Origin: a virus
Lineage: Duplodnaviria > Caudoviricetes
Virus record (IMG/VR): IMGVR_UViG_3300044724_010588
Span: 1 to 43,848 of that record
Direction: 5' to 3' (one strand)
Length of the DNA: 43,848 nucleotides
Positions 1 to 9,180 of this stretch are shown in pieces. The notes below the pieces were generated by a model that worked only from the letters and a program-made list of their open reading frames with translations, ran no database searches and was not told the origin of the DNA. Numbering within the stretch: the stretch's first letter is position 1; each line of letters opens with the position of its first letter. Position numbers and translations under genes: made by a program.

Positions 1-56
1 GAAACAAACTGCTTCATAATATCTTTAATTTCAAAACCGTAATATTGTGTCTTCAA
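1..56 (-). CDS. 5' end of a late gene running off the window edge, possibly T4 gp15-like tail sheath stabiliser/terminator (partial)
   Basis: Read manually: TTG start at 56 gives MKTQYYGFEIKDIMKQFV.., with an ATAAATA late box 6 nt upstream (63-69). The N-terminus resembles gp15-like proteins, but only 18 codons are visible. Confidence 0.35.
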   Translation of the reverse strand, partial: MKTQYYGFEIKDIMKQFV

Positions 57-76
57 TAATAATATTTATCTATTGG

Positions 77-1717
77 TCAACCGTTTTCGCATCGTTTTCT
101 AAAATATACTGGTAGTTCAGTATAAAACAACTCTCTTATTCTTAGGAAATTGGAATCCATAATATAAGTAGTACTATGATCCCCTTCTCCACGGGTAGTA
201 CGACCACATGCTTGTATTAAGCTAGACAGCATTTGTAGGGTATACCATTTTTCATCTGTTTCTCTTATACATTGAGCTCTCTTGTCATTCCAGGGAATGT
301 AAGGTAATTTCATTATCACTTGGAATCTACCTAATTCATCCTTTAGATCAACCCCATAGCACATAGACGGACTAACTAATACAGTAGGATCATCAGACTC
401 CATATGCTGCTTGAGTATATGTTCATTTTTAACCCCAGGCTCTCTAAACAATAACCTATTAGTATATTTCGGGTCAATGAAGTTCTTAATATACTCTGTA
501 ATATTATTAGTCTGAGTATGAATTATACCTTTTTCGTTTTTATGATTATCTAATAACCATTCTACTCTATCAACTAGCTTAGGTAATGTACGAACTAGAT
601 TCTTTGCATTGAGAGGCGTATCTTTAAATACCAATATAGGGGATAACTTAGGATCGAATGTACTTGGAATATCAATGTAGTCATAATTATCACTGCTTAT
701 ACCTAAGCTCTTAACAAAGCTCTTAATACCCACAATAGTAGCAGACATTAGAATAACTTTATCTGCATGATCAAAGACATGTTTACTCAATAGATCAACT
801 TTCAAGGGAGTAAATGTTATTTCCAATCCATCTTTCTCAACTATATACCTACTCTCTCTATATGTCTTTATAAGAGTCTTAAGTCCTAGATAGATTCTGT
901 AGTATTTTTTATACTCAAATACAAGCTTACTTCTAAAATTAAAGTCATTCTTCTTTTTATTAATATGTTTCTTAACGTCTTGAAGATATTCTCCTAAGTC
1001 ACTATAACAGTTAAATAGACTTTCATATAACTTATTGCGATTACTATGATACTTAAATAAGATACCTTTCTTTTTAAGGTCTTTGTGAGGTAATACAAAA
1101 GTAAATTCCTTTACTAACTCAGATTCGAGTTCTGAAGCTTCGTCAAGTACTAAGTATTGGCGTCTTTTGAGGTGATCTTGAAGAGATAAAAATTTACTAT
1201 AGCTTAAACAACTAAAATTATTCTTAAGAGTATTATCAATCGCGTTATAGTAATAACAACATTTGTTATCTAGACATTTTTTCTTTTGATCTTGAAGATA
1301 AACACAAGGGGCAGTATCAACTTCGAATTGTTCATCTATCGCACAAGTATAATTACCCTTACCTTTTAGTACCTGTGTATCATCGAAAAGCGTTTTATAT
1401 TGATCTTGGAGGGTCTTAGTTATAGTAAGAGAATAACAACCATGAGCTTCTTCTCTATATACTAAATCACTATTGATATAGTTACCTTGTATATCAGTCT
1501 TATATATATCCCCACTATCTACTAAGTCATTGAACTTCTGAGATGATTTTCTTGCTAAATTAGCTACTGTCTTACTAATAAAACTCTTACCAGTACCCGT
1601 TGGTGCTTGTATAATAAGAAATTTCTTCGAAGATTTTAACTTATCATCTATTAAGTCAAAAGCAGATTTCTGTTTATCAGTAGGTTTATAACCTGTAGGG
1701 AAATAATCTATCAGCAT
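77..1717 (-). CDS. DinG/XPD (Rad3)-family SF2 helicase with probable Fe-S cluster
   Basis: Q-motif region (YKPTDKQ), Walker A QAPTGTGKS, Walker B VLDEAS, motif III MSAT, Cys cluster after KGKGNYTC, C-terminal GVDL..QVIMKLPY and QACGRTTR. Confidence 0.85.
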   Translation of the reverse strand: MLIDYFPTGYKPTDKQKSAFDLIDDKLKSSKKFLIIQAPTGTGKSFISKTVANLARKSSQKFNDLVDSGDIYKTDIQGNYINSDLVYREEAHGCYSLTITKTLQDQYKTLFDDTQVLKGKGNYTCAIDEQFEVDTAPCVYLQDQKKKCLDNKCCYYYNAIDNTLKNNFSCLSYSKFLSLQDHLKRRQYLVLDEASELESELVKEFTFVLPHKDLKKKGILFKYHSNRNKLYESLFNCYSDLGEYLQDVKKHINKKKNDFNFRSKLVFEYKKYYRIYLGLKTLIKTYRESRYIVEKDGLEITFTPLKVDLLSKHVFDHADKVILMSATIVGIKSFVKSLGISSDNYDYIDIPSTFDPKLSPILVFKDTPLNAKNLVRTLPKLVDRVEWLLDNHKNEKGIIHTQTNNITEYIKNFIDPKYTNRLLFREPGVKNEHILKQHMESDDPTVLVSPSMCYGVDLKDELGRFQVIMKLPYIPWNDKRAQCIRETDEKWYTLQMLSSLIQACGRTTRGEGDHSTTYIMDSNFLRIRELFYTELPVYFRKRCENG

Positions 1718-1719
1718 GA

Positions 1720-2046
1720 TTATATTATAATCACTAGCGTAGAATTATAAAACTTATTTTTCAAGTTTTTCATACAATTCACCATTTTAAACTTATGGAT
1801 AGGGTCATCATGATGAACAAACTTGTTATGATAGGACATACGGATTTCTGAGTCGGAAGACTCAATATTAAAAGGGTAAGGAAATTCAAACTTTTTGGAA
1901 TTATTAAAAATAAGTTTGAAGTTAAAATCTTTGAACTCATAAAAAACAAGTTTATCCTTTATAACTGATTTACCACGCAATTGTACGTCTACAGTTTTAA
2001 GTAGAATTTGTTTGAGATTGTTTTCTATAAGTTCAAGTTGTATCAT
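1720..2046 (-). CDS. hypothetical protein
   Basis: 108-aa ORF tightly packed between neighbours in a minus-strand operon. Confidence 0.6.
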   Translation of the reverse strand: MIQLELIENNLKQILLKTVDVQLRGKSVIKDKLVFYEFKDFNFKLIFNNSKKFEFPYPFNIESSDSEIRMSYHNKFVHHDDPIHKFKMVNCMKNLKNKFYNSTLVIII

Positions 2047-2417
2047 GAGTTCATAAATGCTATTTTACTATCGGATGACATCGGAGCGAAACTCTCGTTA
2101 AACACTCCCCAGAAATCATCTTCTGTCCATGAGTTAATTAAGTCAACACTATCACAGTTAATAGTCCTCCAGCTTTGCATAAAGACATCCCATGTAATAA
2201 TTGTATTTTCATTAGCTGTATTATATCGAGGACTCGAACTACTAGGTTTAAAATTTAGAGTAGTTCTACCATTTATACTATTGAGTAAATTTAGATTATT
2301 ACTGCAAATCATTCTCCTAGTTGAAGGTGAGTTAGGCTTAGGGGAACGTCTCAAAAACCTAATCTCACATACTTTACTATTCAACTCTCCTAGTAAATAA
2401 GATCTACTTACTTTCAT
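2043..2417 (-). CDS. WYL-like/SH3 beta-barrel (DUF2693-like) protein
   Basis: Pattern VCEIRF..RRMICS..IITWDV..SWRTIN matches phage WYL_2/SH3-fold proteins. Confidence 0.55.
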   Translation of the reverse strand: MKVSRSYLLGELNSKVCEIRFLRRSPKPNSPSTRRMICSNNLNLLNSINGRTTLNFKPSSSSPRYNTANENTIITWDVFMQSWRTINCDSVDLINSWTEDDFWGVFNESFAPMSSDSKIAFMNS

Positions 2418-2868
2418 CTACTTCTTCTGGTTCACATACTCCAAATATTCTCTCTTCATTCAAGAAGACACAATCCCGAACGGAATTTTCAATACCTTTA
2501 ATTGAAATGTTATCTACTTTAATGCCCTTATCGTCAGGGAAACAAACAATATCTCCCGCTTGTGCATATTTACATAAAGGACCAACTAAAATAACACGCG
2601 CTAGTCTCCATGTTTTCTGAACCTGAGCTAATGGGATATGAATTCCATTACGAACTACTGACTTACCATCTTCTGACAAATCAACATACTGTACTAGTAG
2701 TATATCATCTAGTACTTTATTTAATTTATAGCCATAAAGACTAAATGTATCGTTACTATAGGTATCTAGGTTAATAAGACTCTTTTTTGCAGATACATCA
2801 AATGCATCTCGTTGGGAATCCGTAAGCTCAATACCGGATTTATCTAAAGCGTTTTCAAACTCACTCAT
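2404..2868 (-). CDS. GroES-like co-chaperonin (gp31-like)
   Basis: DDILLVQ, mobile-loop-like GIHIP, ARVILVGP, AGDIVCF and LNEERIFGV correspond to Cpn10 motifs. Confidence 0.75.
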   Translation of the reverse strand: MSEFENALDKSGIELTDSQRDAFDVSAKKSLINLDTYSNDTFSLYGYKLNKVLDDILLVQYVDLSEDGKSVVRNGIHIPLAQVQKTWRLARVILVGPLCKYAQAGDIVCFPDDKGIKVDNISIKGIENSVRDCVFLNEERIFGVCEPEEVDESK

Positions 2869-3232
2869 ATTTCTTTGTATTTAGGTTAAACTCATTGAAA
2901 TACAAATCTACTTCTCTCTTAGAAATTTCATGAAGGGAAGCACACTTGTCATAATTAGGTTTTTTTTCTTCTTTTTTCTTTTTAATGTATCTAATAAACT
3001 TCTTCTTTAACTTTGGTAATACGTTAGTAAGAAATTTATAATGAAACTCTTTATCTAAATTACCATCACAATGTTTATTAACGGTATGGTTAATTATATA
3101 ACAAACATCTTTATTGTATTGAGATAAAAAGCGATTAATAATATAAGGACTATATAATGTTTGATCAGATATATCTAATTCTTTCTTACTCTTTTCATGA
3201 GTAATATTATTAAGGAAGTCAAATATCGTCAT
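2861..3232 (-). CDS. clamp loader small subunit (T4 gp62-like)
   Basis: YSPYIINRFLS..HYKFL..PKLKKKFIRYIKK pattern typical of gp62 homologues. Confidence 0.7.
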   Translation of the reverse strand: MTIFDFLNNITHEKSKKELDISDQTLYSPYIINRFLSQYNKDVCYIINHTVNKHCDGNLDKEFHYKFLTNVLPKLKKKFIRYIKKKKEEKKPNYDKCASLHEISKREVDLYFNEFNLNTKKYE

Positions 3233-3816
3233 ACGATAACTTTAGTCGTAGCAATAAACATATCATCAGCCATGGAGTAAAATACATCGATAATATTTTT
3301 CATAAAGTCATGAGCTTCTTCATCTCTAAGCTTAGTACTAAAAGCAAACGCAGGAGCTTTCTTACCAGCTTCAATGTTAATGCCTGTATGACCAATAGCT
3401 ACATTATCCTTTGCATACGTAATACTAACACTACACTTACCTTTTTGTTGTATAATGTTATGTTGGTTATGCTCTGCATGGACAATCAAGTCATCTCCAT
3501 CTACTTCAATAGGTTTCTTGATATAATTGGTTGAAAGAATGTTCGCAATTTGTGTGTTAAGTAATCTTTGAAAAGCAACAGCACCGAGAGGACACAAATT
3601 AGGAATTTCCCAGCAAAAATTAATAGCATCGTCAGAGTAAATGTAATCGTTATTAATAAGGTCTTCATTATCAATCATTCCTTCTGCTTCTACGAACATA
3701 GGTGAACGGAAAGCAATAATATTTCCTATTGGAAGAGTTTTTTTACCAAAGTATTTATAAGCGAATCTGTTATGAATCAGATTACCATCGTAAGATTTAA
3801 TATCTTCTACAATCAT
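3229..3816 (-). CDS. DUF366-like protein (biotin/lipoate ligase / class II aaRS-like fold)
   Basis: YDG..AYKYFG..IIAFR.P..MID.ED..IYSDD..QRLL..GDDL..KCSVSI..HTGINI matches my recollection of the DUF366 consensus. Confidence 0.7.
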   Translation of the reverse strand: MIVEDIKSYDGNLIHNRFAYKYFGKKTLPIGNIIAFRSPMFVEAEGMIDNEDLINNDYIYSDDAINFCWEIPNLCPLGAVAFQRLLNTQIANILSTNYIKKPIEVDGDDLIVHAEHNQHNIIQQKGKCSVSITYAKDNVAIGHTGINIEAGKKAPAFAFSTKLRDEEAHDFMKNIIDVFYSMADDMFIATTKVIV

Positions 3817-3822
3817 ATACTA

Positions 3823-3850
3823 ATAATAGTATAAGCCTATAATATTTCAA
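3823..3850 (-). promoter_or_regulatory. sigma70-like promoter TTGAAA-16-TATTAT for the DUF366-gp62-GroES-DinG operon
   Basis: Read on the minus strand; the -10 box ends 6 nt before the ATG at 3816. Confidence 0.55.
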
Positions 3851-3956
3851 GTGTTTTATCTAGTTATTCTAGAGTCATTTTTAACAAAATATACTCCCTT
3901 TAAAATATTATTAAATAACTTGTAACCTATTGTTACAATTGAATGGTTAATAAAAA

Positions 3957-4610
3957 TTATTTTGTGAAGAAGTCGTGATCTGACCAGTTTTTATCAATTA
4001 CGCTTTTTTTAAAATTTAGTTTTTTTATTTTATTACTATCTACATATTGTTTACATAAAATAGATAAATCCTGGTCTTGAGTATCATCAAAAATTATTAT
4101 ACCACTATCTGTTAACAGCTTAAGTGAATTATCTAAATCTTTTTTTGCGACGCGAGGTAAATGACACCCGTCTAGATGAATTAAATCGTATTTTTTAGAT
4201 TGTTTAATTAATTCAGGCAAAACAACCGTTGAATCTCCTTTTAAAAGCTCAATGTTTTGAAAATCTTTTTGTATAACGTTGAGACAACGCTCTACATAAT
4301 CATGAACACATATATCCACAGAAGTAATCTTTGCTTCGGGCGATAGCATAGACATTAAAACGCTTGAAAATCCGCTATTAAAACCAATCTCTAAAATATT
4401 ATTAAATTTATATTTTTCAAACAAATTAAAAAAATTAATCTGCTTTGCTCTATGTTTTTCGTCTGGTATTTTAATTAAATGTCTAGTATATATGTTACCT
4501 TCAATACTTGTATTGCAAACATGGTTCAAATCGGGCAACAAGTTCCATAATTTACTATGAATGTAGCGTGTCCATTCATTATATAAATTATTTTTTGTAT
4601 TATTATTCAT
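3957..4610 (-). CDS. class I SAM-dependent methyltransferase (Methyltransf_24-like)
   Basis: ILEIGFNSGFS motif I, TSVDI, GDS, YDLIHLDGCH, GIIIFDD. Likely start is ATG 4610 overlapping the upstream stop rather than 4640. Confidence 0.8.
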   Translation of the reverse strand: MNNNTKNNLYNEWTRYIHSKLWNLLPDLNHVCNTSIEGNIYTRHLIKIPDEKHRAKQINFFNLFEKYKFNNILEIGFNSGFSSVLMSMLSPEAKITSVDICVHDYVERCLNVIQKDFQNIELLKGDSTVVLPELIKQSKKYDLIHLDGCHLPRVAKKDLDNSLKLLTDSGIIIFDDTQDQDLSILCKQYVDSNKIKKLNFKKSVIDKNWSDHDFFTK

Positions 4611-5394
4611 ATAGGTTATTATAGTCCTTAAAAATAGCATCAGCTCGTCTTTGCTCGGTAAACTCTAAATGTTCCTCTATATTATACAAACACGGGCCAG
4701 CATAATGAATAAAATTAGCTTTATACCGTTCATTTAGTTGATCTCTTTTACCTAAGTTCATCCTATTAAAAGAATAATCTATTGATTCATTCGGTATATC
4801 ATATTTTTGTATAATAGAGCTTATATAAGTTTGTTCCCAAAAATCATATATATTCTTAGTATTGACAAGAGAATTAAACTTATTACTATTTTTAAAAATT
4901 GAAGCTGTATTTCTTCCAAACATAAAAACACCGGTATTGTAAAACCGGTATTTATCGCGATGATTTTTTCGCCACTCAAAAGGCTCTTTTAAGTTTTTTA
5001 TTATGCGCCGAATATACGGATCTCTATCCATTATATCTTCTTTTTCACCGTATAGTGTATCTCCCATAATACCTACGGTTTGATTTTCATCATATGCATA
5101 TATTTTATCTAAATCAGTATATATATCAAAAATATTTTTAGCAGCTGGCGTTATTAAGACATCACAATCAATCATAAGTACTTGATCGTATCCTTTATCA
5201 AATAAAGATAAACACTGTAGCTTTTCAAAATATATTTTACCATGAGAGGGACACCATTTATAGTCTATAAACGGCTTTCGGGAGATATAGTGGTCAATAT
5301 TATATCTTTTACAGTATTCTTGTTGGGTTTTTAAACATAAATCCCAAATCGGCCGCGGGGGACCGATTTGTAAATTAAAAAATGCTCTTTTCAT
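4603..5394 (-). CDS. GT-A glycosyltransferase (GT8/GT34-like)
   Basis: DxD motif (MIDCDVLI), YNTGVF, EQTYIS, FIHYAG. Confidence 0.75.
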   Translation of the reverse strand: MKRAFFNLQIGPPRPIWDLCLKTQQEYCKRYNIDHYISRKPFIDYKWCPSHGKIYFEKLQCLSLFDKGYDQVLMIDCDVLITPAAKNIFDIYTDLDKIYAYDENQTVGIMGDTLYGEKEDIMDRDPYIRRIIKNLKEPFEWRKNHRDKYRFYNTGVFMFGRNTASIFKNSNKFNSLVNTKNIYDFWEQTYISSIIQKYDIPNESIDYSFNRMNLGKRDQLNERYKANFIHYAGPCLYNIEEHLEFTEQRRADAIFKDYNNLYE

Positions 5395-5885
5395 TATTTT
5401 TCAGCAATAACATAAAACGAATTGTTTAAATCATAGCTACTAATAAAAATATTTTTCATATTTAATTCTACCAAAAATTCTCGTATCAACTCTGGATCTA
5501 AACTATGTATATGTTTACGGTTAAAATAAGGGCGCCAATATTTTTGTGTCTTATGAGGTAAATACAGAAATAAAACACCACCTGGTTTGATACGAGAGAC
5601 CCAATAATCTAAAGCGTCTACCCAGCTATTCAAATGCTCTAAGCAATGACTACTAAAAATATAATCCACAGTGTAATCTGGTAGATTAAATGCATCATAT
5701 TCATCATCTACACACAAATCTATACCAACAGCGCCTGGGAATTTCCACTCTGGATTGCAAAAACCAATATCAAAACCAATACCTTGACATACTTTTTTTG
5801 CAAACGGAATTGCAAATTGAGCCGCATTACCCTCTGCTTGAAATATAGGGAATTTTTCTTCTTTGAATTTAATTGTTTTAATCAT
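5394..5885 (-). CDS. SAM-dependent methyltransferase (Methyltransf_11-like)
   Basis: GFDIG, DYIFSSHCLEHL, IKPGGVLFLYLP. Confidence 0.8.
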   Translation of the reverse strand: MIKTIKFKEEKFPIFQAEGNAAQFAIPFAKKVCQGIGFDIGFCNPEWKFPGAVGIDLCVDDEYDAFNLPDYTVDYIFSSHCLEHLNSWVDALDYWVSRIKPGGVLFLYLPHKTQKYWRPYFNRKHIHSLDPELIREFLVELNMKNIFISSYDLNNSFYVIAEK

Positions 5886-6849
5886 TTTTTATTAATTCGA
5901 GAATATCTTGGCCAACTTCGAGTGGTTCAACCATCTCACATGCCATACTACATTGACCGTTCGAGTAATTGTATGAATTAATTATATTTTGTTTGCAGTT
6001 TTGCAAGCACTTTCGATGAGTATGCTCACTAAAAATACCATTTTTTAGTTTCATAAAATATGGTTTATTAAACTTTTGAGCTCCTAACAAATACACTGGA
6101 ACTTGTTGAGAATTAAAAACATGGTGTAAACCACCATCAGATAAAATCGCTAAATCAAAACCCTTACAATAAGTAGCTAAATCAATCCATGATTTGATAT
6201 GAGGTATACATACATCCCCAAATTTTTTACCATGTGGGGAGAATTCGTATATTGTACAATCTAGATGTTTTTTTAAAAAACTAACTAATATAGCCCACGA
6301 ATCATACCCTCTAGGGCCGTTGAACCTATATCCTATACCATCGCATGTAGGGTGAGGAGTTGGTCTGCCTCCTAATTTATCTTCTGGTACTATAGCAATG
6401 TTTAACTTAGTGGAAAGTATAGGTTTTTTATCGTGAGTTGGTATGTATGGTAATAAATTATAATCATTAAACATATAATCTTCAAGACCTAATTGAAGTA
6501 AATATGAAAGGGTAATAATATTCGCTGTTGGGTGTTTATAAAAATCTAGAAAATTAGAACTCCACATCGACCACGTTTTGCTATGCCAGTTTGGATATAC
6601 ACAAAAAATATCTTTATCTTCGCTTAAAGATATCCATTCAGATATAGTTTTTATTTCACTAGATTTAGGTTCTCTTACATTACTAACTCCTTGGATTTCT
6701 CTGACACAATTTATAAGCTCTTGACCATATGTAATTACTTCTACATCCTCCTTGTAATGATAATGTAGCAATTTAGGTATAAAAGTTGAAACTATACTAT
6801 CACCTAAATTATTTGGAAAAAACCATCTAGGAAAATAAAATTTAATCAT
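5878..6849 (-). CDS. GT-B glycosyltransferase, GT9 (heptosyltransferase)-like
   Basis: N-terminal NLGD and C-terminal DGGLHHV (GT9 DSGxxHxA-like). Confidence 0.55.
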   Translation of the reverse strand: MIKFYFPRWFFPNNLGDSIVSTFIPKLLHYHYKEDVEVITYGQELINCVREIQGVSNVREPKSSEIKTISEWISLSEDKDIFCVYPNWHSKTWSMWSSNFLDFYKHPTANIITLSYLLQLGLEDYMFNDYNLLPYIPTHDKKPILSTKLNIAIVPEDKLGGRPTPHPTCDGIGYRFNGPRGYDSWAILVSFLKKHLDCTIYEFSPHGKKFGDVCIPHIKSWIDLATYCKGFDLAILSDGGLHHVFNSQQVPVYLLGAQKFNKPYFMKLKNGIFSEHTHRKCLQNCKQNIINSYNYSNGQCSMACEMVEPLEVGQDILELIKND

Positions 6850-7573
6850 GAGGTGTTAAAGTTGGTTTATTTCTTATTTCTAGTGCGCATCGTATTTGAT
6901 CATTTAAATTTTTATGGTGTTCGTTAGTAGATATATTATCTCTATAAAAATACAGCTTATTGTTAATAAACATAGTACGATCTCGACCAGCTAACTCTAA
7001 AATAGGTTTCATTATCGCAACATCCCCGGCGCTAGAAAAAAGTTTTTTATTTTTATCATAAAATAATTCGTTAGGTATATGTTTCCATAATTTATATTTA
7101 AAAGTTCGTAAATGAGAAAAGATCCACCCTACAGGAGCGATATACTGAGAGACAGAAATATTTTTTTTCCATACTTTACAAATACTATTAGCACCAGATC
7201 TGGTTATATAATTACCATAGGAAGCTAAATGATTATGGTGCTGTTTATATCCTTTATTAATAATAGCAAAAGCATTATTGTTAATTAATTTATCATCCCC
7301 GTCAATATGGATAATAATATCATTATCGTTTATAATATTAGAACGTAAAGCCTGTATATGATTATATAAAGCGCCTTTATTATTTTTATTAATAATTAAA
7401 TTAAATTTATCGGTAATATTGTTTTTTATTATGTTGACAGTATTATCTGTAGACGCGTCGTCAATAATAATAACTTCATAATTTTTATATGTTTGATCGT
7501 TTATAGAATCAATACATTCTTTTATGTATTTTTCGTAATTGTAACATAATAGAACTATTATAAATTTATTCAT
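6842..7573 (-). CDS. GT2 family glycosyltransferase
   Basis: CYNYEKYIKECIDSINDQTYKNYEVIIIDDASTD and DGDD. Confidence 0.9.
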   Translation of the reverse strand: MNKFIIVLLCYNYEKYIKECIDSINDQTYKNYEVIIIDDASTDNTVNIIKNNITDKFNLIINKNNKGALYNHIQALRSNIINDNDIIIHIDGDDKLINNNAFAIINKGYKQHHNHLASYGNYITRSGANSICKVWKKNISVSQYIAPVGWIFSHLRTFKYKLWKHIPNELFYDKNKKLFSSAGDVAIMKPILELAGRDRTMFINNKLYFYRDNISTNEHHKNLNDQIRCALEIRNKPTLTPHD

Positions 7574-8384
7574 TTAAAAATTCGGCTGCAACGTTGTTCT
7601 TATCAAATTTATTTAAATTATCCTCTGTATGCCAATATACTTTTTTAATTTCTCCACTCTTATCGACATCAAACTGTAATACTTTCTTACCTGCAAGTAA
7701 ACCTTCGATAGAAGTACGACCTAAAAATATACCAGAAACAATATCACACTGCTTGTAGTATCTTTCTATACCCCATACAGGTTCTTTAGAGATAAAATTA
7801 GGGTGTGTAATATTATAGTCCATACGACCTACATGCAAAACTTTAAAGTTTTGTTTGATTGATAAATTTAATAGATACTGCAAAGGTTTATATCTTAAGT
7901 AATCAATACTACCAGGAAACAAAACTATTTTTTTCTTAATATTTTTATTCTTTATACAAGCTTGAGGGTTAAATCTATTAAAGTCAAATGGATTGTAAAT
8001 TAAATCACATTTTACATTAACTGATTCAATAATAGAAGGTCTTATACCTATATATCTATTTATTTTATTATCTATAACAGGTTTCTCTAAATCTAAAACT
8101 TCAGAATGTAGAACATTAACAAACTCCTGCGTTTTAACATTTTTTATATCATCCCATAAAACAGAACCATGAGAAAATATAACCTTGTCAAAAGTTTGAG
8201 TTAACAAATCTTCCTTTGTATCAAAGATTATGTCTTTACATTTAGTCGTTAATGGAGTATCTGTAAAACGAGAATATATATGTACCTCGTGACCCTGATT
8301 AGTTAGGGCAGATGCGAGCTCAAAAAAATATAACTCAGAACCAGTATAATTCCTAAAACTAAGACAACAAATTAAAATTTTCAT
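7566..8384 (-). CDS. GT-B (GT4-like) glycosyltransferase
   Basis: MKILI..TGSELY..LA.AL..GHEVHIY, IYNPFD, GRTSIEGLLAGKKV. Confidence 0.75.
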   Translation of the reverse strand: MKILICCLSFRNYTGSELYFFELASALTNQGHEVHIYSRFTDTPLTTKCKDIIFDTKEDLLTQTFDKVIFSHGSVLWDDIKNVKTQEFVNVLHSEVLDLEKPVIDNKINRYIGIRPSIIESVNVKCDLIYNPFDFNRFNPQACIKNKNIKKKIVLFPGSIDYLRYKPLQYLLNLSIKQNFKVLHVGRMDYNITHPNFISKEPVWGIERYYKQCDIVSGIFLGRTSIEGLLAGKKVLQFDVDKSGEIKKVYWHTEDNLNKFDKNNVAAEFLNE

Positions 8385-8399
8385 TATATAATGCGACCA

Positions 8400-9053
8400 T
8401 TATACCCACTGTAGGGCTTCACCGGTCTTAGGAAAAGTATTTACAAAAATTTCCTTACATTTCAATGCAATATCTCTATGTTCTTTTTGAGTATCTTCAC
8501 AAGTTCTTAAATCGATATAATGAATCCAAGATCTAAAAGAACCTTTCATATACATAGTAGTCTCAGTAGTGAGAGGCAAGATATTACGAGCACACTCTTT
8601 AGCTACACCCTCCTTGAGTAATTCATCATATAACATAAAGCTATTATCAAGATGTAAACTAATTGAATTCTCTAACTGCTTATCTAGCTCAACAGGTTCG
8701 TCTCCAACTTGTCTATTGGTTTTACCTTGTAGACGCCATTCAATATCTTCAAATTTATTGACCTCACTATACCGTTGACTAAACTCTTGAAATGAAAATG
8801 ATCTATGTCTTAGTATTTGTGCTGCTATTGCTCTTGAAGTCTTAATCTCTACACACATATCAGTCATCTCAAAGGGAGACCAATGTTTATGTTTAGTTAA
8901 ATATCTAATAAGTTTAGGAGCTGTAAGAGTGTTGAACTGATTACTCGGATTAGAGACCCGTGCTATATATGCTACGAGATCATCTGCAGTTTTAATACCC
9001 TCTTCCACTATTTTACCTACAGGTTGCGTTATTGATACAAGTTCAACTCTCAT
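8400..9053 (-). CDS. thyX: FAD-dependent thymidylate synthase
   Basis: HWSPFE and the ThyX motif RHRSFSFQEFSQRY; TQKEHR. Confidence 0.95.
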   Translation of the reverse strand: MRVELVSITQPVGKIVEEGIKTADDLVAYIARVSNPSNQFNTLTAPKLIRYLTKHKHWSPFEMTDMCVEIKTSRAIAAQILRHRSFSFQEFSQRYSEVNKFEDIEWRLQGKTNRQVGDEPVELDKQLENSISLHLDNSFMLYDELLKEGVAKECARNILPLTTETTMYMKGSFRSWIHYIDLRTCEDTQKEHRDIALKCKEIFVNTFPKTGEALQWV

Positions 9054-9059
9054 ATCTGT

Positions 9060-9087
9060 ATTATATAATAATACGAAAATATATCAA
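9060..9087 (-). promoter_or_regulatory. sigma70-like promoter TTGATA-16-TATAAT for thyX and the glycosyltransferase island
   Basis: The -10 box ends 6 nt before the ATG at 9053. Confidence 0.65.
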
Positions 9088-9164
9088 CTGATTATAATGT
9101 ATTTAATCTATATAGCTCTTAAATATACAACAATATTATTAAGCGATAATAACATAAAAAATAC

Positions 9165-9170
9165 TAAATA
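9165..9170 (+). promoter_or_regulatory. T4-type late promoter core TAAATA upstream of phoH
   Basis: CTAAATA 10 nt before the ATG at 9181; a gp55 sigma is encoded in the window. Confidence 0.4.
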
Positions 9171-9180
9171 ATTACACGTT

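Noticed and set aside
3920-3938. Inverted repeat TTGTAAC-ctatt-GTTACAA in the intergenic region
   Set aside because: Short, AT-rich, no U-tract and no second copy noticed; cannot support an operator or terminator call.
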